Positions 8,610 to 18,210 of a stretch of DNA of 33,026 bases are shown in pieces. Each line of letters starts with the position of its first letter. Position 1 is the first letter of the stretch. Both the position numbers and the translations under genes were made by a program. The notes under the pieces were generated by a model. That model was not told the origin of the DNA. It saw only the letters and a list, made by a program, of their open reading frames with translations, and did not search any database. Origin of the DNA: Acidimicrobiales bacterium (GTDB lineage Bacteria > Actinomycetota > Acidimicrobiia > Acidimicrobiales > RAAP-2); contig DATCBX010000025.1 in the NCBI GenBank assembly GCA_036511635.1, positions 1 through 33,026 on the forward strand. Reading direction: 5' to 3'.

Positions 8610-10925
8610 ATGGCGCACGAGCGTGAGATCGCTGAGGAACAGGATTTTCTCGATCTCGCCCTAAGGGCACTAGATCACATGCGCCAAGGCGCTCGCTCAC
8701 TGCGCGATAGTGCGGCGGTGGCGAACATGCGCGGGGCGGGCGACCTCGTCGAGCGCGACGTCGTCATGGGTACGGCCCTTTCACGCCTCGATCAACTCGC
8801 CATTGGTGACCAAGCACTCTTTTTTGGCCGCATTGACTACCAAGCGAACGGCGACGGACACGCCGACGTGTACCACGTTGGTCGTCTCGCGGTCTCTGAC
8901 TCGACACTGAACCCCTTGGTGATCGACTGGCGCGCGCCGGTCGCCGAGGCTTTTTACCGCGCGACGGGCGTTGAGCCCCTGGGACTCTCTCGCCGGCGTC
9001 ACGTATCAATTCGTGCGAACGAAGTCACGGGCGTCGAAGACGAGTACTTCGCCGACGCCGACGGCAACCTCGATCTTCCCGACGACGAAATTCGCTCCGC
9101 CACCGAAGAAGGACTCGTCGATGGCGGTCTCGCGCTCGGCGGCCCCGGTGCTCTGCTCGCGGCTTTAGGGCGAGCACGAACGGGTCGCATGGGTGACATC
9201 ATCGCCACAATCCAGGGCGAACAGGACCAAATCATTCGTAGTCCCTTACCCGGTGTGTTGCTCGTTCAAGGTGGGCCCGGTACTGGAAAGACCGCTGTTG
9301 CTCTGCACCGTGCGGCCTACCTGCTTTTTACTCACCGCGCCACGCTCGAGCGCCAAGGCGTTTTAGTCGTGGGTCCCAATCCTCTGTTCTTGAACTACAT
9401 CGAGAACGTTTTGCCGTCGCTGGGCGAGTCCGGCGTCACGCTCTCCACCATCGCGGGACTCGTGACCAACGTGGAACTCCGTGCCGTTGACTCAGAAGAA
9501 GTTGCGGAACTCAAGGGCGACGCGCGCATGGCCAAGGTATTGGCGAAAGCCCTTCGCACGCGCGAACGTGCTCTTCGAGCCGACGTCGAGATCCCGGTTG
9601 GTCGGGCCATCGTCTTGTTGCGCGCGCGCTACACCGAAGAGGTAGTCCAACGTGCTCGAAGGCGTCCTGGTAACCACAACCAACGTCGCTCGGCCGTGGG
9701 ACGAGAACTCGCGTCGCGACTTGCCCACGAGTACCACGACCGTTTCGTTCGCGACGGCTCTGAAGAAGCAAGTGGCGTTGGTGAACTCGCCGAACTCATT
9801 CGTTCGACCCCGCAGTTCAAAGAAGCGTTACAACGTATCTGGCCCCGACTCACTGGCCAAGAGTTGTTGCACGATCTCTTGGGCGCGCCGGCACTTCTAA
9901 AGGCAGCTGCCCACAACGTGTTGAGCGACGAAGAAATCGCTTTGTTACACCGTGCGCGGTTTACCTCGGTCGAAGACATTGCCTGGACGAAGGCCGACGC
10001 TGCGTTAATCGACGAGGCGCGAGTACTGGTCGGACCGCGCAAACGCCCGCGTCCGGTAGTGAAGCCCGGTGAGTCGAACATCCTCGCGGGCGTGGACCTT
10101 GACGCTTACGCCGGTAATCATCGAGCGGCCGCTCTTCGCGAAGCGCAACGACTCGTTGTTGCTCAGTCCCAAGAACTTGACGAAGCCGAATTCGTTACCT
10201 ATGGTCACATCGTTGTCGATGAAGCCCAAGACCTTTCGCCGATGGAACTGCGAGTGCTGAAGCGTCGCGACCTTACGGGATCGATGACCATCGTCGGTGA
10301 CATGGGTCAGGCAACAACGGCCTCATCTTCTGCCTCATGGGACGCGGTCCTCGCGGTGTTGGCACCTCGTCGCGCGCCACTTCGCGTCGACCTGACGGTC
10401 AGTTACCGCACGCCCGAAGAAGTATTGAACTTTGCCGCGGCGACGCTTCGCGAAGCGACGCCTGACCTCGAGCCACCGCGTCCGGTACGTCGCGCGGGGA
10501 GCCAGCCACTTGTTGTAAAGGTGAGCCCCGCGGAATTTGATGACGAGCTCGTGTCACTCACGCGCAGCGAAATAGAGTTCGTGGCGCCGGGCCGCGTCGC
10601 GGTGATCGTCACGGGTTCGAGAGTCGAAGAAGTTGTCGCGACGTTGCGATCGGGCGGCCTTGAAGCTATCGATCCGCGCGATCTAGAGTCCAAAGGACTT
10701 TCGGCCGATTTGGTGGTTTTGGCCGCCGAAGGTGCCAATGGTTTGGAGTTTGATGCCGTGGTCGTTATCGAACCAGGTCAAATTGCCAATCGTGGCGCGA
10801 ATGGCGCGCCGGGCGTTACAACGCGCGGACTTCGTACCCTCTACGTGGCCCTGACGCGACCGACGAGACGTCTTGCAATTCTTGCGCAAGAGGAACTTCC
10901 CCCCACTTTGAACCAACGAGGTTGA
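8610..10925 (+). CDS. helD: HelD-family RNA polymerase recycling ATPase (SF1 helicase-like)
   Basis: FGRID, VIDWRAPVAEAFY, MGDIIATIQGEQD.IIR, QGGPGTGKTAVALHRAAYLL, HIVVDEAQDLSPM, TIVGD..Q, SYRTP, GLEFD and LYVALTRPT; ATG 8610 follows GGGGAGAGG. Confidence 0.92.
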   Translation: MAHEREIAEEQDFLDLALRALDHMRQGARSLRDSAAVANMRGAGDLVERDVVMGTALSRLDQLAIGDQALFFGRIDYQANGDGHADVYHVGRLAVSDSTLNPLVIDWRAPVAEAFYRATGVEPLGLSRRRHVSIRANEVTGVEDEYFADADGNLDLPDDEIRSATEEGLVDGGLALGGPGALLAALGRARTGRMGDIIATIQGEQDQIIRSPLPGVLLVQGGPGTGKTAVALHRAAYLLFTHRATLERQGVLVVGPNPLFLNYIENVLPSLGESGVTLSTIAGLVTNVELRAVDSEEVAELKGDARMAKVLAKALRTRERALRADVEIPVGRAIVLLRARYTEEVVQRARRRPGNHNQRRSAVGRELASRLAHEYHDRFVRDGSEEASGVGELAELIRSTPQFKEALQRIWPRLTGQELLHDLLGAPALLKAAAHNVLSDEEIALLHRARFTSVEDIAWTKADAALIDEARVLVGPRKRPRPVVKPGESNILAGVDLDAYAGNHRAAALREAQRLVVAQSQELDEAEFVTYGHIVVDEAQDLSPMELRVLKRRDLTGSMTIVGDMGQATTASSSASWDAVLAVLAPRRAPLRVDLTVSYRTPEEVLNFAAATLREATPDLEPPRPVRRAGSQPLVVKVSPAEFDDELVSLTRSEIEFVAPGRVAVIVTGSRVEEVVATLRSGGLEAIDPRDLESKGLSADLVVLAAEGANGLEFDAVVVIEPGQIANRGANGAPGVTTRGLRTLYVALTRPTRRLAILAQEELPPTLNQRG

Positions 10926-10970
10926 CCAACTTGTCACAAGGGGGTCGCGATTTCTACTAGAAAGGTAGGC

Positions 10971-11567
10971 GTGAGTCAGGCAGTTTCCCCCAATAGCCTG
11001 GCGGAGCAAGGGAAGATTATCCACGATCGACCGCCGATGTTGGCTATCGGCGTGATGATTTGGCTCGGTTCTGAGCTGATGTTCTTCTCCGGACTCTTCG
11101 CCGCACTATTTACAATTCGCGCGCACCTCGCGACGTGGCCTCCCGTCGGCACGCACCTCGACGTCTTGCAATCGGGCCTCTTTACGATTGTCCTCATTGC
11201 CTCGTCGTTCACGATGCAGTACGCGGTGTGGTTGATTGAGCACCGACGACGCGGCGCGGCGCGCAATTGGGTAATTGCGACCATCATCATGGGCGCCCTG
11301 TTCGTAGGTAACCAGGCGTATGAGTGGACGCACCTCGCGACGCGTTGGTACACCAACTCGTATGGTTCGATTTTCTTTATTACGACAGGCCTTCACGGAC
11401 TGCACGTGTTCTTAGGACTCGTGGCGATGTCGTTCCTCTTGTTTCGTATGCGTGGTCGTGAAGGTGACCCCGGTGAGCTCTCGACGTTCCAAGGCGTGAG
11501 TTACTACTGGCACTTTGTCGACGTCGTCTGGATCGGGCTCTACTCAGCCCTCTTCTTGTTGAAGTAG
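10971..11567 (+). CDS. ctaE: Cytochrome c oxidase subunit III
   Basis: GVMIWLGSELMFFSGLFAA, YGSIFFITTGLHGLHV and SYYWHFVDVVWI; precedes qcrCAB. Confidence 0.95.
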   Translation: MSQAVSPNSLAEQGKIIHDRPPMLAIGVMIWLGSELMFFSGLFAALFTIRAHLATWPPVGTHLDVLQSGLFTIVLIASSFTMQYAVWLIEHRRRGAARNWVIATIIMGALFVGNQAYEWTHLATRWYTNSYGSIFFITTGLHGLHVFLGLVAMSFLLFRMRGREGDPGELSTFQGVSYYWHFVDVVWIGLYSALFLLK

Positions 11568-11575
11568 GTAGGGAC

Positions 11576-12463
11576 TTGTCTTCAACATTCATCAAGCGCG
11601 CGTCGCTCTTTTCAGTGGTGGGCGTCTTGGCGTTAGGACCTCTCGCGCTCTTTGCCCAGAGCGCGCACGCCAACAGCCTTAACCCCACCGCGACCACGCG
11701 CAAGAATGCTGGCACGCCGAACTCGAACATCGTCGTGAAGAAGAACGGCACCGTCATTAAGTACGGCAACAAGTACATCACCTACTCATCGCCCTCAGCC
11801 AAGCTCAACGCGCTCGGCAAGGCGCTCTACATGGAGAACTGTGCGTCGTGTCACGGCACGACCGCCAACGGCGTTCCGGCCAGTGGCGTCAGTGGTGCCT
11901 ACCCCGACCTCGTGGGTCTTGGACCAGCGACGATTGATTTCTGGATCTCGTCGGGGCGCATGCCCGCGAAAGACCCCCGTGCCGTTGAAGCCCCTCGTCG
12001 CCAGGCCGCGTTGACGCCAACCCAGGCGGTCGCGATTGCTGGCTGGGTGAACTCGCTCGATCCCAGTTTCCCCGCCATTCCTACGCCAAACCTGAAGAAC
12101 GCCAATGTTTCAGAGGGTGCGGCGATCTTTGCCCTCAACTGCGCGGCTTGTCACACCATCGAAGGTGACGGCGACGCGCTCGCGGCCAGCACGTTCTCGC
12201 CCTCGCTGCGCCACATTCCCGCGTACCAAGTCGTCGAAGCCATCCGTACGGGCCCGGCCAATATGCCGCGCTTCACGGGCAACCTCTCGGATAAGCAAGT
12301 CGCCGACGTCACGAAGTACGTGACGTCCTACATTCAGCATCCCCAAAACCCCGGTGGTTTTGGCCTCGGTGGTCTTGGACCGGTCGCTGAAGGTTTCGTC
12401 GCGTTGCTAGTGGGCGTTGGCTTCTTGGTGCTGATCTGTTACTGGATTGGAGAGCGCACGTGA
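11576..12463 (+). CDS. qcrC: Diheme cytochrome c subunit of the bcc complex
   Basis: Two CxxCH motifs (CASCH, CAACH), GRMP, TGPANMPRF and the C-terminal GG.GLG.LGPVAEG plus TM helix. Confidence 0.93.
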   Translation: MSSTFIKRASLFSVVGVLALGPLALFAQSAHANSLNPTATTRKNAGTPNSNIVVKKNGTVIKYGNKYITYSSPSAKLNALGKALYMENCASCHGTTANGVPASGVSGAYPDLVGLGPATIDFWISSGRMPAKDPRAVEAPRRQAALTPTQAVAIAGWVNSLDPSFPAIPTPNLKNANVSEGAAIFALNCAACHTIEGDGDALAASTFSPSLRHIPAYQVVEAIRTGPANMPRFTGNLSDKQVADVTKYVTSYIQHPQNPGGFGLGGLGPVAEGFVALLVGVGFLVLICYWIGERT

Positions 12464-13398
12464 GCGAGCACGACGAACACCGCACGCCGGTTTCGCTAGG
12501 CGGACTGAGCGCGGACGACCCGCGCCTACAACCCGCGGCGAAAAATCCACACACCGTCGAGTTGGTCATATCGATCACGTTCGTGATTGGCGCGCTACTT
12601 AGCGCGGCCTTTGGCTGGGCCTATTGGGTCAATGCCAAGCCGTGGATTCTCGGCGCCACGATGGGCGGCGGACTTTTCTTCTTGGGCGTTGGTCTCGTCG
12701 CGTGGGGCAAGTACCTCATGCCCCGTGGGCCATTCGTCGAAGAGCGTCACACTCTCGCTAACTCTGAGGCCGACCGCGACGCGTTCGCGGCCGCCATCGT
12801 TGAGCGTGGTGGCGGGGTCGTAAAGCGTCGCAAGATGCTCGCGGGTCTTCTTGGCGGCGGACTCGGCGTGTTCAGCCTCGTCGCGATGTTCCCCCTAATT
12901 CGAAGTCTCGGACCGTTACCTAAGGGCACGCTCTTTCACACGGACTGGCGCAAGGGTTCCTACGCCGTTGACCAGACGGGTCGTCGCGTGTCGGTTGGTG
13001 ACCTCGCGGTGGGTTCGATCATGACCGTGTTCCCCGAGGGCAAGCAGGACACCGACCGCGGTCAGGCCGTTGACCAGACCGTGTTGATTCGCGTCTCGAA
13101 CGAACGCTTCACGACCCAAAAGGGTCGCGAAACGTGGGCGCCGTCTGGTTACGTTGCCTACTCCAAACTCTGCACGCACTTGGGCTGTCCGGTGGGGCTG
13201 TACGAGCAGCAGTTGCAGTTACTCGTGTGTCCCTGTCACCAGTCGATGTTCGACGTCAAGAACGGTGCCGTTCCGCAGTTTGGACCCGCGCCTCGGCCAT
13301 TGCCGCAACTGCCGCTCTACATTGACAGCGAAGGATTCATTCGGTCCCAGGGCGACTACAACCAGGCCGTGGGTCCAGGATTCTGGGAGCGCTCATGA
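12460..13398 (+). CDS. qcrA: Rieske iron-sulfur subunit of the bcc complex
   Basis: CTHLGCP and CPCHQS boxes, FGPAPRPLPQLP and GPGFWER; three TM segments with a twin-arginine KRRKML before TM3, as in actinobacterial Sec/Tat Rieske proteins. Confidence 0.96.
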   Translation: MSEHDEHRTPVSLGGLSADDPRLQPAAKNPHTVELVISITFVIGALLSAAFGWAYWVNAKPWILGATMGGGLFFLGVGLVAWGKYLMPRGPFVEERHTLANSEADRDAFAAAIVERGGGVVKRRKMLAGLLGGGLGVFSLVAMFPLIRSLGPLPKGTLFHTDWRKGSYAVDQTGRRVSVGDLAVGSIMTVFPEGKQDTDRGQAVDQTVLIRVSNERFTTQKGRETWAPSGYVAYSKLCTHLGCPVGLYEQQLQLLVCPCHQSMFDVKNGAVPQFGPAPRPLPQLPLYIDSEGFIRSQGDYNQAVGPGFWERS

Positions 13399-14936
13399 GC
13401 GACGTCGCCACACCAACTAATAAGCGCGCACAGCGCGAAGCACTTGGGCCCTACGGCAAGATCGGCAAGACCCTCGGTGAACTCGACGACCGCCTTGGCG
13501 TTGCCAAGGGTGGCCGCACCTTCATGGACAAGATCTTTCCCGATCACTGGTCCTTCATGCTCGGTGAGATTGCCCTTTACTCTTTCGTGATTTTGATGGT
13601 GACGGGCATCTACCTCACCTTCTACTTTGTTCCGAGTTCGGCGGTCGTGACGTACCACGGTTCGTACCTACCCCTCGATGGGCAAAAGGTCACGCAGGCT
13701 TTCGCTTCGACAGTGGATCTCTCCTTCAAGGTGCGTGGTGGCTTGTTGATGCGTCAGATGCACCACTGGTCCTGCGACATTTTTGTTGGCGCGCTCGTCG
13801 TGCACATGGCCCGTGTGTTCTTTACTGGTGCATTCCGCAAACCTCGTGAACTTAACTGGACGATTGGCCTAACGCTGCTCATTTTGGCCATTGGCAACGG
13901 CTTCCTCGGTTACTCGCTGCCTGACGACCTCGTCTCGGGTACCGGTATTCGTATTGCGTACTCAATCATGGAGTCGATCCCACTCGTGGGTACGTACATG
14001 GCATTCTTCGTCTTTGGTGGCAACTTCCCGGGCACGGCGGTGATACCGAGATTCTTCGTTCTCCACGTGTTGATCGTGCCACTCATAATTCTTGGACTCG
14101 TGGGCGCACACCTCTTCTTGCTCGTGCGTCAAAAGCACACGCAGTTTCCTGGTCCGGGACGCACCGAAAAGAACGTTGTCGGATCTCCCATGTTCCCGGT
14201 CTTCATGGCCAAGACAACGGGTTTTCTCTTCGTCGTTGGCGGCATCACGGCACTGCTCGGCGCCTTCGCCCAGATCAACCCGATTTGGCAGTTCGGTCCG
14301 TACGACGCGTCGCGTATCTCGTACGCCGTCCAACCTGACTTCTACATGGGTTTCTTGGACGGCGCGCTTCGAATATGGCCGTCCTGGACGTTCCATAGCT
14401 TCGGCCATACGATCCCGTTCGAGGTCTTCATTCCGGCCGTCATTTTGCCGGGCATCATCTTCAATCTCGCCTACGTATGGCCAATGATTGAGCGTAAATT
14501 CACTGGCGACAATGAGATCCATCACCTCTTGGATCGACCGAGGGATCGCCCTAAGCGCACCGCCGCGGGCGTGGCCGTCTTCGCGCTACTCGCGATGCTC
14601 TTTATCGCCAGTTCCACTGACGTGATCGCGAACTTCTTTCACATCTCGCTCAACACCGTGCTGCTCGAGATGCGCATCTTGTGCATCATCGCGCCCTTTA
14701 TTGCGTACCCGATTACGTACAAGATCTGTCGAGAGATGCAGGGCGTTCACGGGGCGGGTAAGCGCAAGACACCCAACATTGTCACGCGCACCGCTGAGGG
14801 CGAGTACGTCGCTACGCCCACGCCGGCCTACAGCGAGGACGCGCATCAAGAGCTCGAGGCCACACCCGTGCCGACCTTTATCGAGGAAACGCCCGACGCG
14901 CCGCCTGAAAGTGGCGTACGAACAGTCGAACGTTAG
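13395..14936 (+). CDS. qcrB: Cytochrome b subunit of the bcc complex
   Basis: FPDHWSFMLGEIALYSF, RQMHHW, FFTGAFRKPRELNW, GYSLPDDL, QPDFYMGF and HLLDRPRD.P.RT. Confidence 0.97.
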   Translation: MSDVATPTNKRAQREALGPYGKIGKTLGELDDRLGVAKGGRTFMDKIFPDHWSFMLGEIALYSFVILMVTGIYLTFYFVPSSAVVTYHGSYLPLDGQKVTQAFASTVDLSFKVRGGLLMRQMHHWSCDIFVGALVVHMARVFFTGAFRKPRELNWTIGLTLLILAIGNGFLGYSLPDDLVSGTGIRIAYSIMESIPLVGTYMAFFVFGGNFPGTAVIPRFFVLHVLIVPLIILGLVGAHLFLLVRQKHTQFPGPGRTEKNVVGSPMFPVFMAKTTGFLFVVGGITALLGAFAQINPIWQFGPYDASRISYAVQPDFYMGFLDGALRIWPSWTFHSFGHTIPFEVFIPAVILPGIIFNLAYVWPMIERKFTGDNEIHHLLDRPRDRPKRTAAGVAVFALLAMLFIASSTDVIANFFHISLNTVLLEMRILCIIAPFIAYPITYKICREMQGVHGAGKRKTPNIVTRTAEGEYVATPTPAYSEDAHQELEATPVPTFIEETPDAPPESGVRTVER

Positions 14937-14937
14937 T

Positions 14938-14963
14938 GTTCTCGCAGCGCTCGCTGCGAGAAC
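14938..14963 (+). terminator. Hairpin after qcrB
   Basis: GTTCTCGCAGCG-ct-CGCTGCGAGAAC, a perfect 12-bp inverted repeat 1 nt after the stop; no U-tract. Confidence 0.7.
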
Positions 14964-15054
14964 GACAACTGATGTTTGTCCCGATCCACGAGTGAAGCGC
15001 GCTGCCTAACATGGTCAGCGTGGCAACGTCGCGCGACTTTTTAGAGACCTTCAC

Positions 15055-16584
15055 GTGAGCGTTGTTATTGGCATTGAGCCTCTTACGAGGGACCAACTGG
15101 TCTCGGTGGCGCGATTCTTCGAGCCGGTGTCGTTGAGTGAGGACGTTCTGGCGTTGCTGAGCGTACGTCGCGAGGCGATTGACGAACTGGTCGAAAGTGG
15201 CGAGCCAATCTACGGACTCTCGACGGGATTTGGGTCACTCGCGACAACGTCCATCTCACCGACCGAGCGGCGCCAGCTTCAACGCTCACTCATTCGTTCT
15301 CACGCTGCGGGCGTAGGTCTCGAAGTCGAGTCAGAAGTCGTGCGCGCGATGATGGTCTCGCGACTCACTAATCTCTGCAGCGGCGTGTCAGGTGTTCGAG
15401 CGACAACCGCGCTGGCGTACGCAGCATTGTTAAACGCCAATATCACGCCCATCGTGCATGAGTTTGGTTCATTGGGATGTTCCGGCGACTTAGCGCCTCT
15501 CGCGCACGTGGCACTCGCCTTGATGGGCGAGGGTGACGTGCGAGACGCCGGGGGAGCACGCGTCCTCGCCGCGGACGCTCTGACGGACGCTGGACTCACG
15601 CCGGTTGAGCTCGCCGAAAAAGAAGGACTCGCGCTCATTAACGGCACCGACGGCATGCTCGGCCAGTTGATCTTGGCGATTGATGACGGCATGGCCTTGA
15701 TGCAACAGATGGATATTGCTGCGGCGATGTCGATCCAGGCCCTTCGCGGAACGAACCGCGTCTTTAGCGCTGAAGTGCACGCGCTGCGACCACACCCCGG
15801 CCAGCTCGCCAGCGCTAAGAATCTCGCGGCGCTGCTCGTTGACTCAGAGATCGTGAGCTCGCATCTTGACGATCCTTCACAGGTGCAAGACGCGTACTCA
15901 CTTCGTTGCGCGCCGCAGGTTCACGGTGCCGCGCGTGACACGTTCGCCTACGCCACCAACGTCGCTGACGTCGAGTTGGCCGCGGCGATTGACAACCCTT
16001 CGGTGCTGGCGGACGGCTCGTTGGTGTCGAACGGCAACTTTCACGGCGCGCCCGTCGCGTACGCGCTGGACTTTCTCGCCATCGTGCTCGCTGACGTGGC
16101 GTCAATGTCCGAGCGTCGAACCGACCGCCTGCTCGACGTGAATCGTAGTTTCGGCCTACCGCCGTTCCTTGCCCACACGGCAGGCGTCGACTCAGGATTG
16201 ATGATTGCTCAGTACGCACAAGCGGGGCTGGTCACCGAGATGAAGCGACTCGCGTCGCCAGCGAGCGTGGATTCGATTCCATCGTCGGGCATGCAAGAAG
16301 ACCACGTGTCGATGGGTTGGCACGCGGCACGAAAGCTCCGCAAGGCCCTCGACGCCTTTCGCGACGTCGTGGCGATTGAACTCCTCGCCAGTGCTCGCGC
16401 GTTGGCGCTTCGCGCACCGCTCGCGCCTTCTCCGGTGACGGCCGCGGTCGCGGACCTGGTCAACGCGCGTTCTGGCGGTCCCGGTCACGACCGATGGCTC
16501 TCGCCGGAGATCGCCGCGGTGAGTGAGCTCGTGAGCTCGCGCGAACTGCTTGACATCGTGGGACGCTTTATAACCTTGCACTAG
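15055..16584 (+). CDS. hutH: Histidine ammonia-lyase
   Basis: YGLSTGFG.LA, LQRSLIRSHAAGVG (SH specificity pair), GSLGCSGDLAPLAH (MIO triad), KEGLALINGT, QDAYSLRCAPQVHG, NGNFHG and QEDHVSMG. Confidence 0.95.
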   Translation: MSVVIGIEPLTRDQLVSVARFFEPVSLSEDVLALLSVRREAIDELVESGEPIYGLSTGFGSLATTSISPTERRQLQRSLIRSHAAGVGLEVESEVVRAMMVSRLTNLCSGVSGVRATTALAYAALLNANITPIVHEFGSLGCSGDLAPLAHVALALMGEGDVRDAGGARVLAADALTDAGLTPVELAEKEGLALINGTDGMLGQLILAIDDGMALMQQMDIAAAMSIQALRGTNRVFSAEVHALRPHPGQLASAKNLAALLVDSEIVSSHLDDPSQVQDAYSLRCAPQVHGAARDTFAYATNVADVELAAAIDNPSVLADGSLVSNGNFHGAPVAYALDFLAIVLADVASMSERRTDRLLDVNRSFGLPPFLAHTAGVDSGLMIAQYAQAGLVTEMKRLASPASVDSIPSSGMQEDHVSMGWHAARKLRKALDAFRDVVAIELLASARALALRAPLAPSPVTAAVADLVNARSGGPGHDRWLSPEIAAVSELVSSRELLDIVGRFITLH

Positions 16585-16599
16585 AAAAAAGGAGAAATC

Positions 16600-17130
16600 A
16601 TGTCCAGAAATCCGTACGAAGAGTTGCCAAAGGTTCCCTCGTTTACTCTGACCTCAAGCGACGTCACCGACGGAGCACCGTTGTCAATGGCGCAGGTGAG
16701 CGGGATTATGGGTGCCGGTGGTTCTGACACCTCGCCCCAGCTCTCGTGGTCGGGATTTCCCGATGGAACGAAGAGCTTTGCCGTAACGGTGTATGACCCC
16801 GACGCGCCCACCGCGTCAGGATTCTGGCATTGGGCCGTTTATGACATACCAGCAGACGTGACCTCGCTGCATTCGGGCGCCGGCGACGAGTCGGGAAGTC
16901 GTCTGCCCGATGGTGCGAAGCAGCTTGCCAATGACGCGAGCGTGAAGCGCTTTATCGGCGCCGCGCCTCCCGCCGGTCACGGACCGCACCACTACTACGT
17001 GGTCGTACACGCACTCGACGTTGAGGCGCTCGGTCTGGCGGAGAACGCGACGGCGGCGTACTTGGGGTTCAATCTCTTCATGCACTCGATCGCCCGCTCG
17101 ATCATCGTGGGGACCTACGAGCAGCACTAG
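16600..17130 (+). CDS. YbhB/YbcL family (PEBP / Raf kinase inhibitor-like) protein
   Basis: [32 protein letters not shown] and [13 protein letters not shown]; RBS AAGGAG. Confidence 0.92.
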   Translation: MSRNPYEELPKVPSFTLTSSDVTDGAPLSMAQVSGIMGAGGSDTSPQLSWSGFPDGTKSFAVTVYDPDAPTASGFWHWAVYDIPADVTSLHSGAGDESGSRLPDGAKQLANDASVKRFIGAAPPAGHGPHHYYVVVHALDVEALGLAENATAAYLGFNLFMHSIARSIIVGTYEQH

Positions 17131-17994
17131 CTAGGACGCTTTATCGATTCTGATATCGCCCGAGACGGTCGCGACCTTGATGACGATGACCTCGTCATCA
17201 TTCGCTCCGTCGCCCTTCGCGTCGAGATCGATGTTTGTTCCCATGTCGCCCGACACGGTGTCGCCAGAAATATCGACGGCAAGTCCCCGTGCAACGCGCA
17301 CGCTGACGTCACCGGACACGTTCTTCACGACAATCTTGCCCGGCTGATCGGCGGAGAGAATGACGTCACCCGAGGCGCTGTAGATCTCTGTTTTGGCAGC
17401 CGCGCTCGAGCACACCACGTCACCTGACGCGCTCTTGCACCGGAGAAGGGAGATCACGTGACCGGAGTTCACGTCACCTGAAGCGGTCTGCACGTCGAGT
17501 GTCTCTGAAGAGTCGCGCGCGACGACGTCACCAGAGATGCTCTTGACCTTCACCGTTCCGAGGGAACCGTGTAAGGAAGTATCGCCAGAGACGGTCGCGA
17601 CGTCAAGCGACGTCTCCTTCGGTACCTCGACGAGTACGTCAACGTCAGAAGAGCCAAAGTCGAACCATGACCTCTTTGGCCCCACGCGCAGTCCACGCGA
17701 AGAAAAGGTCATGCCGCGCGGCAGTGTGTGAATGTTCAATACGTTGTTCGTTGTGTCAAAGGTGACGTCCGCGTGTTCGAGCAGGTAGGCGTTCTTCGAC
17801 GAGCCGGCGTGCAGCGTGACTTTGATTTCATTGACCTCACTCGCGCGCACCACCACGTCGCCACTTTGCGTGTTGATCTTTGCCCAGACCGGTCCGGTGG
17901 GCGTGAACGTCTCAACGCGTTGATTCTCTGTATCACTGCGTAGCGCCGACCCTCCGTCCGTGAACTTCATCGAGGTCTCATGTTCATTTGTCAC
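17131..17994 (-). CDS. DUF4097-family beta-strand repeat protein
   Basis: Repeated (T/S)xSGDV units (TQSGDV, TVSGDT, SISGDV, TASGDV, SASGDV, NVSGDV, TVSGDM, TVSGDI). GTG 17994 after GAAAGGAA is preferred; an in-frame ATG at 18192 is possible. Confidence 0.85.
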   Translation of the reverse strand: MTNEHETSMKFTDGGSALRSDTENQRVETFTPTGPVWAKINTQSGDVVVRASEVNEIKVTLHAGSSKNAYLLEHADVTFDTTNNVLNIHTLPRGMTFSSRGLRVGPKRSWFDFGSSDVDVLVEVPKETSLDVATVSGDTSLHGSLGTVKVKSISGDVVARDSSETLDVQTASGDVNSGHVISLLRCKSASGDVVCSSAAAKTEIYSASGDVILSADQPGKIVVKNVSGDVSVRVARGLAVDISGDTVSGDMGTNIDLDAKGDGANDDEVIVIKVATVSGDIRIDKAS

Positions 17995-18210
17995 CTGGTT
18001 TTCCTTTCGATTGATGCGTACAGTGATCCACTCGGCCACTCTGGTTGGGAACTGCGCTATCTGGGCGAGTGGATGCAGAGCGTCGTCGTCGCTCGAGTGA
18101 TGCTCGCCGCCGCACGACTCGAAGTTCAGCGTGTCGTGACGGTCGCTTCGGTACGAATCAGCGGTCGACAACGAAGGACCTAGGTATCTCATTGCGCACG
18201 TTCTTTCGAT

